From the NCBI GenBank assembly GCA_028534125.1, contig CM052817.1, positions 1,800,001-1,860,000 on the forward strand: 60,000 bases of DNA, in the 5' to 3' direction. Positions 1-9,675 of this stretch are shown piece by piece; positions within the stretch are counted from its first letter, which is position 1; each line of letters begins with the position of its first letter. Under the pieces are notes generated by a model that saw only the letters and a list, made by a program, of their open reading frames with translations, had not been told where the DNA came from and searched no databases. The position numbers were made by a program, and so were the translations under genes. Source of the DNA: Lama glama. Its lineage: Eukaryota.

Positions 1-119
1 GTGTTGATAATGTAAATCTTGTTTCCTTCTGAAAAAGTAATGAGGACGCTGGCAGTGGAACTGAAACCATCTTGACAACAACAGAAGAAACAAACAAAAC
101 CCAGAGAGACCCAAAGCAG

Positions 120-262
120 CTTTTAGAGATGAAAGTGTGCTATCTCGGCTGTGGCGATGGTTCCACAGGTGTTGCATCTGCCCAAACTCGTCAGATTGTA
201 TACGTTCGTTAAATGTGCGGTTTTTTGTATGTCATACTTCAAGAGAGCTGTTTTTAAAGAAA
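120..262 (+). mobile_element. Old L1 3' end fragment
   Basis: Resembles the L1M 3' UTR terminus (aaactcgtcagattgtatac...tttttgtatgtca...gctgtttttaaa). Confidence 0.55.
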
Positions 263-859
263 CCCTGAAATCATGGGACAATTCGATTTGAAAGTTATAA
301 TGTTGTACAAGAGAAGGTGGCCACACCTGGGGACAGAGCAGACAGCAGTCAGCACGACAGAGCTCCAAACTAAGTCACCACCAGATCCATGCTGCACCCC
401 TACTGTGTGAGGAAGGCGGGCCCCGGCCTTGTGCAGGAGCTGCCGGTGGAGGTCCCGCGACCCTCTGGGAGAGCAGGCGCAGGGAGAAGGGGGCTCTGTG
501 CTGCTTTGGGTACAGCTGTGTGGTTGAGGAGGTGTGGGGATGGGGAGCCCATCATGCAAAAAGCATCTGTCACGTAAAAATGGGATCCTTGTGTCTTCTC
601 GCTCATGAATGTTGCCTTGAAAGCTGTTGAAGACAGGGGTAAGGGCAGGACTCCAGGACACCCTCAGGGAGCCCCTACCCGCCAACACTGGCCGTTCATT
701 TGGTACAGCTGCCCGATTACTGACCAGCTCGACTCCAACTGACTGGATACAGGTCTCCCCTTTTCCCTTGAGAGACGTCAAAATGCATCATGGCCAGGAA
801 GTGGGCTGCAGCTGGGGGGTTGCACACATGAGGTCATAATGTGAAATAATTCAGTACAA

Positions 860-2930
860 GGAGGCCTATACACATTGTATAACAGAGCGAGTGGTCTCAA
901 CTCACCAACGGAAGGGAAAGGTTTTCAGATCAGGGCACAGGGCAAAACCCAATTCTGAGCTGTTTCCAAGAGACACTCTTAAACAGAGTGAGGAAGGTTA
1001 AAATTTACCACTGAGAATGTGTATCAGGAAAATGCAAACAAAAATAAAGCAGCAGTCACAATCAGTGTCAGGCAAGGTAGAGTCCAGGCCAAGCAGAAAG
1101 GGCGCTTTGTAATGTTGAAGATACAGTTCTTAAATGAGATGAAGTGGTCAGAAATAACTATGCACCAGTTAGCAGCCATCACTTCCCCAAAGCAGAGCTG
1201 AGGGGTTAATCCAGCTCTCAGTCCAAGATAGATCAGCCCTAAAGAGCACAGCGAGGCGCAACTTAGGAACGTGTGTGCGTGTGGACGGACAGACGGGTAG
1301 ATGATACACTGATAGACTGTACGTTCTACAGTGGTGATAGAGAATGCGCCTTCTTTCCAGCGCCCGTGGAACAGTCATGAAAAGGGACCGTATATTACGT
1401 CACAAAGAAAACCCTAATACAAATTCTGAAAAGATGTAAATACGGTCGAGTATTTGATTACAAACACAGTGGACCTGAAAATCAGTAACAGAAGCAGAAA
1501 CCAAAGAGGCTTTGGCACCAGGAAATTTAACAGCCTCTACTGAAGTCGTCTTGGGCCAAGGAGGACGTACGATGGAAAACTGCAAAGCTTCTAGAAAACA
1601 AAAAGAAGACCTGTATTTCTGATGTATGGGATCAGCTAAGTAGGGCCCAAGGAGAAAACGCAATGAGTGCCGGAAAATAAAGGCATTGAGCCTCGTAACT
1701 CCAAAAGATTGAAAAAAGCATTTAAGAAAAGCAGAAGGAAGAAAGTATTGGGACAAAATAGAAACTCGTGGCTATGAAAGAGAAAAATTATAGCTCAAAT
1801 AATAGACATTTGTTCTTAAAAATCAGTCATTCAGTCAATCAATCAATCATCAATATCTAACCCAATTAAGGAGGTAAAGGGGGAAAATACAAATACACCA
1901 AAAGATGACAAGGGGCGAAGATCTCGGAGAAATCATTAAAGACACACAGTGCTTGGCATGGCTTTCTGAAAAGAGACATAAAACCTGGATGAAGTGCACT
2001 TCTAGGAAAACATAATTTACCAAAGTCAGCCACAGGTGGCCTAGAAAATCTAGACAGACTGACTTCAAGAGAAGAGAGAAAGTTGCCAAAGAGCTACCCT
2101 TCACAACAGCACCAGGCTCAGACGATTTGACAGGGAATGTGAGCCAACTTCGGGGGGAGGGATAATTTCACATGGGATTTAAGTGTTCCAGAGGATAGAA
2201 AAAGAAGAAAACTTCCCAACCCTTTTTTATAAAGCAGGTATAAATTGACACCAAAATCTTGTCAAGACCTTATGTGAAAACTGTATACCAGTCTCTTCTA
2301 TGAACGTTAATGCAAAAGCCTTTAATAAAATATTATCAAACAGAATCCAACCACACATTAAAAAACACTACATCAAAATAATGGGTCTATTTTAATAATG
2401 CATGAATGTTTCAATATCAGGAAATCCAGTTACATAATAAATCACATTAAAAAGTCCAAAGGAAAAATAAAAGATCATTTTCATAAAGGCATTTGACCAA
2501 ATTCAACTCTTTTTTTTTATATATAAATAGTAAAATACAGTTGACCGTTGAACAACACAGGGTTTGAGGTCCACACAGTTGAAAATTGGCGCATGCCCAT
2601 GTGCAAATATGGAGGCCGGCCCCCCGTATCCACGGTTCCGCATCCGTGGGTTCACCCAACCACGTATTGTGTAGTACTGCGGTATTGGAAGAAAATCCAC
2701 ATGTAAGTGGACCTGTGCAGTTCAAACTGTGTTGTCCAAGGGCAAACTGTAAATCAATCAATACTTCTTTAGCATGGATAAAATACATTTATCAGCCAGG
2801 AAGGCAGCATCTTTACCTGATGAGGGTTTACCCTGGAGGCATTCATGTTAAGATCAGGAATAAAAGAAGGATGACCACTCTCAAGAGCATCGTACGTAAT
2901 ATTTATGGGAGGAACTTCCCTGCACAGCAG
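860..2930 (+). mobile_element. Decayed L1 ORF2 fragments
   Basis: A-rich; L1 ORF2-like motifs such as accaggctcagacgatttgacagggaat and aaaatattatcaaacagaatccaaccacacattaaaaa. Confidence 0.7.
2538..2749. mobile_element. Tigger-type (MER8/MER2-like) MITE inserted in L1
   Basis: Imperfect 23-bp TIRs cagttgaccgttgaacaacacag / ctgtgttgtccaagggcaaactg, with TA on both sides. Confidence 0.8.
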
Positions 2931-3887
2931 GGATGGGCCAGGGAACGTAGATCTACCCCCTTGATGAAAATAACAAGGCTAGACAAATAGGAACATCGAG
3001 AGAGTCAGCAAGTTTCAGGGCTGAAAGCCGGCAGAGGGTGGGAACCTGGAGAAGTGAGCCAAACACTGGGGCTGCTCCTGCTTTGGGGGGTTTGGGGGGT
3101 CCTGAGACAGCTGAGAGGCTGAGCTAAGCTTGGGGCTGGGGGGAAAAATCACGCCCGGGACATGCCAGGACTGGGGTCCCAGCCAGCTCACGCTGCACTT
3201 TGGGGTTCAGCCCACCCAAGAGTAAGGCTGGCTTAGAAATAAACCAGCTCTCTAAAATGGGTGGCCCAAGCATTGCAAACAGAAGTCTTGCCTGGAGGAA
3301 GAAAATACCTTAAGCTTTAAATTACTTGTATAATAATTTTCAAATGCAATGCCCAGCATGTAATTAAAGATAACCAAGCACTCGAGATGAGGCTCGTGAC
3401 TGAGAACTAGTGGAAACCGCAAGCGTGCAAAGCACTCCCTCCCCTCGGAGCCAATGAAGGTACGCGAGATCAGGGAGCAAACAGCTATGCTGGCTGTGCT
3501 CGAGGCGAGGACGTGCGGGCTGGAACACTCTGACAGGAAAACGACCTGTAACCAGTGACACGGCAGACTTCAGAAAGCGGTAGATACAAATTCCAGCACT
3601 GGAAACTACGGAAGTCCGGAACCTGATGGTCAACAGTCAGAGTCTAGCAACAGGACAGAAGCAGCTAGAAAGAGAAGTAATGAGGTGAGTCAGATGCAGC
3701 TACCCAGAACGAAGCACTGAGAGGAAGAAAGAAAAAAAAACAGAACACGGTGCGAGCACCAGGGAGAGGGAAGGAAACGGGACGGAAGCAGTATTTTGAG
3801 ACAACGACCAAGAAGTTTCCGAAACACGAGAGCCATCAATCCGCACATTCAGAGCCCAACTAACGCCAAGCAGACTGAAAGGAACCC

Positions 3888-4332
3888 TGCTGTTAAACCA
3901 GGCCAGGATAGCCGACAAACGCCATAAACAGCACGTGGCGCAGGTATAAACCGGAGCCGGGGGCCCTTGGAGGCAGAAGTTCATCAGAAGCAGCCCCACG
4001 GGAGCTGTGGGAGCTCCAGGCCCAGACGGCCGCACCGCAGGCAGTGCCCCGGGAGAGCGACCCTGCCCCCAGTCCGTCCGCGGATTCACAGGGACACGGG
4101 AAGGGAACAGGGAGCTCCTGGCCAACTGTGCAGCCACGGCAGGCTTCAGGCTGTGCGGAATGGCCTTGCTGCAGAAAAGAGCATTCTGTTCCCAGACATC
4201 TTGCACCAGCGGAACTTGCATCCTGGGCTTCCTCAACCGGCCTTGGCCATCCTTTCCCGCTGAACAGCTGACGGCCAGATGGCTCAACAGGCCCCAGGGG
4301 CGTCCTGTGACAAGCGCTTGTCTGTCCTTACA
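3888..4332. mobile_element. Probable ERVL-type solo LTR
   Basis: 445-bp TG...CA segment interrupting L1 ORF1, flanked by aaccc/caccc (5-bp TSD, 1 mismatch). Confidence 0.55.
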
Positions 4333-4619
4333 CACCCAGACACAGCACGGGAAGCTACAGAGAGCCAAAGGCAGAGGGAAGAATCTTAACAACAGCCAGA
4401 GAGAAAAAGATACTTACCTTCAAAGGGGCAACCGTTTAGGTCAACAACTGACTTCTCCTCAGCAAGTATGGAAAGCGCAAGACTGTGATGTCCAAAGCTT
4501 TAGTCTCCTGACTGAAATAACCTGCCAACGCAGATTCTACACCCAGCCAGAAGCCCATTAAGAATGAAGGTGAAATAAAGACATTTTCAGATAAACTGAA
4601 ACAGAGATTTCAGTAATGG

Positions 4620-5133
4620 TGTTACGGAAATGATGGGCCAGCCAAGAAACAAGCACCACTCGGAGGGTTGGAGCACTCAGATGTATTACGCCGGCGGGCT
4701 CAGAGGGGCTTCTGCTCCGAAGCTCTGAGCACCTCCAAGACGTGCGCGTGAGGTTTTATAGGGTTAATTACAAGTATGGGGCTATTAGCCAATAAGGCTC
4801 AAACAACAAAAAGCAAGGAATCAGTACACTGGAGCTTATCAATTTGGAACAGATCACGTTACTGACACTTGTTGAGCTTGGATTTACGAGTTAGCTTGTT
4901 AGCCCAGTAAACTGACACTAAACTTTAGATTTACAAGTTAGCCCGGCGGAACTTATATCAGTAAACCGACACTTATCACACTTAGATTTGTGACTGAGCT
5001 CGTTAGCCCAATAGACTGACACTAAACTTCAGATTTATGAGTTAGCCCAGCAGAACTCAGATCAGTAATCCGACACTTGTCGCACTTAGATTTGTGACTT
5101 AGCTTGTTAGCCCAGCTGGGCTTTTCCTTCACA
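4620..5133 (-). mobile_element. ERV1/gammaretrovirus-type solo LTR
   Basis: TG...CA ends; perfect 4-bp TSD ATGG (4616-4619/5134-5137). On the minus strand: U3 tandem repeats, ATTGG (4789-4793), TATAAAA (4754-4760), AATACA (4682-4687). Confidence 0.9.
4861..5115. repeat. 104-bp tandem repeat (about 2.5 copies; 50+54 bp subunits) in LTR U3
   Basis: (a/t)c(t/c)gacactt at 4861, 4965, 5069; actgacactaaactt at 4911, 5015. Confidence 0.9.
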
Positions 5134-6309
5134 ATGGAAGATCCACTCTAAGAGAAATTCGAAAGAGGGTTTTCTGGGTGGAAGAAAATGACCCTTGATG
5201 GGAAGGAAGAGCAGAGATGCAGGAATGAGTGAAGAGTAGTAAGAGTGGTACATATGGAGTCAACCTAAACAGAAGCTGACTGTTCAGAACAACAGTTACT
5301 GCGTCTGTGTCTTTTGCACTGTGTGTGTGTACTTGTGCAGAATTGAAGTGCGTGGGAGGAGCCCTCTGGGGACCAGCGAGGGGCCCACCAGAGTGCCCTC
5401 AGGAGCTGCCAGCCCATTCACCTTGCTCCTTGTGCTCATGTTTCCTTTTCCCCGCCCAGGGCCGCAGCCCCCGCGAACTCCCACCCGGCTTGGGGTTCAG
5501 GGCGGGTGCCAGCCCCCCAGCGGGAGAGCACCGTATTTGTGGGGGTGGGGGTGGGGACCGCTTTAAGTGCCTCCCTCTTTTTCTGGGCAGAATCAGTCCC
5601 AAGCGCGCCGCTAGACTTTCATGTTTCATTTCTCCGCCCAAACTTGTTACATTTTTTTCTCCCTGAATAGTACAGGTTCGTTGCTGAAGATTTGAAAACC
5701 ACAGAGAAGCACACGGATTAAGATATAAAATTCCTGTAACTGCCCTGCCCAAGAGTCACTGCTATAGACTTGATGATCAGATCTCTTTCTATGTGTCATT
5801 TTTCTTTCAAAAGAGGGGGGAATCATGCTACAGAGCAGTGTAACCTACTAATGCGTTGCACACTTTTTCTGTGCCATGAATGGTCTTCTAAAACAGGATT
5901 TGAAAAACTGCATGTGGATATACCATGCTTCATTTAGCCAGTCTCCTGTCCAGCATGTATGCTGCTGTATGAATGACCATCCTGACACATACATGATTGT
6001 TTTCTGAGGGTAAATTACCGGGAGTCTATTTGCTGTTCAGGGACTACGTCTGTTTTAAGGCTTTGGAGACAAAAGATCAAATTGCTTTCCTAGCTGTGTG
6101 ATGTTTGATGACTCTAGGACTATGCCAAACTTTTCTCTTAACTTAAAAAATCTGCCTTCTTGACAGTCCCTTTCACTAAGGCTTTGTTACAACATCTCCT
6201 GTCAGGATTATAGTAATCTCCAGGCAGACGACTTTTGTCCTGCCACAGCCCTAGCAGCCTGATCTGTTGTGGCCACATAGGGTCTCAACGACTCATGCTC
6301 TCTGAACTG

Positions 6310-6700
6310 GTTAGAGTTTGGTTGAGGAGCATGTAAGCAGAATAATCCAAAGTAAAAGTGGCTCAAACAAAATGGAATTATACTTTTCTCTCATAGATTT
6401 TCATCTGTGAGAAGACCAGAGGTGGGCTGGCCAGGTGAGAACGGCAGCCCCATCATCCTGGGGCGTGGCTTTCATCCTCATGATCCAAAATGACTGCCCA
6501 AGTGCCAGCCAGTATATCCCCATTCCAGGCAGCAGGGAGACAGGTATAGTCCTTCCCTTTAAGGAGACTTTGTACAACTAACACACGTCACTTCTGCTTA
6601 CATCTCGTCAGCAGGACTTATTTAGTCACATGGCTACAGCCAGCTAAAAGGAAGGAGAGAAATGCAGTATTTTAACCAAGTGGAAAAGTATGCAGATAAA
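6310..6700. mobile_element. Old MaLR LTR (MLT1J/K-like)
   Basis: Motifs acttctgcttacatctc and agtcacatggctacagccagct are typical of MLT1. Confidence 0.6.
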
Positions 6701-6762
6701 AGCTGAGGTCCCAGTATTGGACAAGGTCAGAGTGGCTATTAGGAGACAACTGTACTACTTAA

Positions 6763-7140
6763 TATCACGGGCGGAGTTGTGTCCCCTGAAAATTCGTATG
6801 TTGAGTCCTAACTCCTAGCACTATGGAACATGACTGTATTTGGAGAGAGGGTCTTTAATGATGTAATTAAGATAAAATGAGGTCAGGAGGGTGGGCCCTA
6901 ATCCAATATGACCTTAGAAGATAATTAGGACACAGACATCCACAGAAGGAAGACCATATGAGGACACAGGAGAAGACGGCCTTCTAGAAGCCAAGGAGCG
7001 AGGCCTCAGAGGGAACCAGTCTGTCCACACCTTGCTCTCGGACTTCCAATCTCCAGGACTGCGGCGAGAAGGTAAGTCCCTGCTGTCTGAGCCTCGCAGT
7101 CTGTGACACTTGCTTACGGTGGCCCTGGCGAACTGACACA
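6763..7140 (+). mobile_element. MaLR LTR (MLT1A/B-like)
   Basis: tgtgtcccctgaaaattcgtatgttga...taaaatgaggtc...gggccctaatccaatatgac...aactgacaca; flanks cttaa/cttac. Confidence 0.85.
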
Positions 7141-8110
7141 CTTACCCATTGCTGTGTAACCAATTGCGTCACAGCCTAACCACCCACGGGATCTCACAGT
7201 TGTTGGGGATCAGGGATCTGGCACAGCTTAATCAGGTCCTTCACTTCCCGGTCTCTCGAAAGCCTGCATTCAAGTACCAGCTGCCTCTCCCCTGAAGCTC
7301 CACTGGGCGGGTGTCAAGCTCACGTGATATTGGTGGGTTTCAGTTCTCCCCGGGCTGTTGGCCTGAAAGTCTCTGTTTCTCACTGACTGTCAGCCACGTG
7401 GGCCTCTCCAACAGGGCCGCCAGCTTCAAAGAAGCATGCAAGGCAAGTGGGTGCAGAGAACCAGCAGGACAGAAGGCCCAGTCTCTTCTAACTTCGTCCC
7501 AGGGTGCCACCTTTGTCTACTCAAATGCTTAGGAGTGTCAATGAAAATTCAATTATCAAGCTAAGAAGCAAAAAAAGAATTTTATTCAAGCCAAACAGGA
7601 TTATAACCCCAGAGACAGGCTCTCAGAAGCTCTGAAAACTGTTCTGCCTGTTAGAAGTCCAAGGCACAATCACAAACATTTTTGAGACAAAGGATCGTAC
7701 ATAAAAGTGACATACTGACATTTTACATAAAGTTCACCAAAGATACACGTGCAAAGAGAGAAATCGGTCATTACGACCCCCTACAGACTTGGGACGGAAT
7801 GCCAACCTTTCAGGAAGTCACACCACCAGCGGCAGAAGAAGGAAAAGAAGTTGACCCTTCTGGTGGAGCGGGTACTCCCATGCAACGTGACGCCTCATTA
7901 GGGAGGGATGGAGGAGACCCAAATGACAGAGAGTTTTATGTTTACATTTCCGTGTCCCGCTTTAAAATATGAATTTTACCTCCACCAGGGACATCCACAC
8001 TCAAGGGGAGGAGACCATACAGGCGGCGAACAGCAGGAGGAGGTCACGGGCCATCTGGGAAGTCTACTGACTTGTCAGGTACTGGAGTCTACTACTACTC
8101 CAGTACCTGC
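7141..8110 (-). mobile_element. Old MaLR LTR (MLT1F/G-like) interrupted by an ERV1 LTR
   Basis: cattgctgtgtaac, tctcacagtt...gggatcaggga and ccacactcaaggggagg motifs lie on either side of 7536-7987. Confidence 0.55.
7536..7987 (-). mobile_element. ERV1-type solo LTR
   Basis: Starts TG (tgtcaatgaaaa), ends CA; AATAAA on minus strand (tttatt at about 7581); shares the agccaaac...ctctcaga..ctctga block with the LTR at 25103. TSD not clean. Confidence 0.7.
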
Positions 8111-9292
8111 AGCCTAGAGCTGGGCCCTTGTGGCCTGTCCCACATGAGGGCTGGCATGTGGCCTGGCCTGTGGACAAGGGCCTCTGCTGACATCAGGGAA
8201 CCGGGACCTCAAGGCTGACAGCATGTTTCTCTGAAGTCCTCCCCCTGAAGGGGGAACCTACTGCTGTCCCCTTGGGGACAAGGCTTCCTGTGCTGATGCT
8301 TCCTTCCGTTTACTTGTCTGCTTTGGGACAACAGGCTCTGAAATTAGCTGATGTAGCTTGTGGCCCAGAATGGGGCGCTGCCTTGAGTGGGCTCTGGATG
8401 GTACATACTGCATGTTTCTCTTCTCAGAGGGCCACCAACTCCCTGCCCGGCAGGAGGTGCAGCTGCCCCTCTGCCGCTCACCACCAACTACCTCCCCTGC
8501 AGGTGCTGAGGCTCTGGAGCCCGGGACCCCACCTAGAGCCGGCCAGCCTCGCCCGAGGAGGGGACAACCTTGGGCCGGCTAGTCATTCCTGGGGAGGGGG
8601 GGCGTCTCCGAGGTCAAAGCCGCTTCTCGCTGTACCAGCCCAGCCTCCCCGGGAGCAGGCACTGACCAGGCAACTTCTTACCACCGGTGCCTGCCCCAGG
8701 GCCTCCCCCAATCCCCTCCGCTCCACGTCCGGCAGTAGACTCGCCCCCCAGGGCCCCTCTCCTCTCCGCACCTGGGCTTCCGCCCTGAGGGTCCTCCGGC
8801 TCCGCGCGGGGCGAACTCACTTCCCCCTCCCTCCCCGGCGGGTTGTCCGGTGAGCCCGCCCTCCGCCCGCGTCGGGGCTGGGCAGCGCCTCGCGGGGGTC
8901 TCGGGCTCCTAGCCCACGGCCGTCCTCCCTGCCATCAGCTTGGCGTCAGCCGAGGGCGCCGCTCGCCGAGAGGTGCTTCCGGGGCCCGCCAGACCCTCAA
9001 GCCCCAGTCGCCCCGCCCTCCTCGCCGTGCCACGCCCCCACACCGCCCTCCCCCTACCCCCGCGTCGTACGCCCTCGCCGGGAGGAGCGCGGTGGTTCCA
9101 GCGGCCGCGGCGGCTCCAGGAGCCCAGGGGGCGGGCGCGGGGGCGGAGGGGTGGCGGGCCGGCCGGTGCCTCGGCCGGCCATTGGCGGAGGCCGCTGCCT
9201 CTGGCTGTCAATCTCGCGGCCCGGCCCCGCGTCTCGCCGGCGGAACGTCGCGGGACGTGAGGCCGCGGGGGCTGCCGGGACGGGCCCAAAAG

Positions 9293-9358
9293 ATGGCCGG
9301 GCGCCTGGGTTCCGCTCCTGCCCGCGGCCCAGACCCCCATTCATTGCCGCGCTGCTGA
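9293..9358 (+). promoter_or_regulatory. 21-codon upstream ORF in HTT 5' UTR (MAGRLGSAPARGPDPHSLPRC*)
   Basis: aagATGg strong Kozak context; stop 60 nt before the main ATG. Same length and position as the known human HTT uORF (recall). Confidence 0.85.
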
Positions 9359-9418
9359 GCGGAGCCGCCAGCCGGCCAGGCGACTCCGGGGGCTGTCCCC
9401 GCGGGGCGGGAGGCCGCC

Positions 9419-9467
9419 ATGGCGACCCTGGAAAAGCTGATGAAGGCCTTCGAGTCCCTCAAGTCCT

Positions 9468-9527
<60 letters not shown>

Positions 9528-9675
9528 TGCAGCCGCCGCAGCCGCAGCCACAGCCGCCGCCGCCGCCTCAGCCCCCTCAGCCAGCACCGCCGGCGCAGCC
9601 GCCGCCTCAGCCGCAGCCGCCGCCCCCGCCGCCGCCGCCCGGCCCGGCCGTGGCCGAGGAGCCGCTGCACCGACC
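9419..9675 (+). CDS. HTT: HTT exon 1 CDS (N17, Q19-L-Q, proline-rich domain)
   Basis: gccgccATGG Kozak; ORF track 9419..9679; donor CACCGACC|GTGAGT; 257 nt, phase 2. Confidence 0.99.
9470..9526 (+). repeat. HTT: (CAG)19 polyglutamine trinucleotide repeat
   Basis: 19 uninterrupted CAG counted directly, followed by CTG CAG CCG CCG. Confidence 0.98.

Larger units (their letters stand above)
2935..5290 (+). mobile_element. Old L1 5'UTR/ORF1 remnant split by two solo LTRs
   Basis: ORF1-like text (gaatcttaacaacagccagagagaaaaaga; aagaatgaaggtgaaataaagacattttcagataaac) resumes across insertions at 3888-4332 and 4620-5133. Confidence 0.7.

Noticed and set aside
3700..4561. Long ORFs (230 aa minus, 184 aa plus)
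   Set aside because: They span L1/LTR remnants, show no recognisable intact protein and have no splice support.
4861..5115. Recurring motifs with regular spacing that superficially resemble a CRISPR array
   Set aside because: The intervening segments are themselves repeated, the array lies inside an LTR, the DNA is mammalian and there are no cas genes.
8272..9358. Multiple long Pro/Arg/Gly-rich ORFs over the promoter
   Set aside because: Stop-codon depletion in a CpG island explains them. Only the ATG-initiated uORF is supported.
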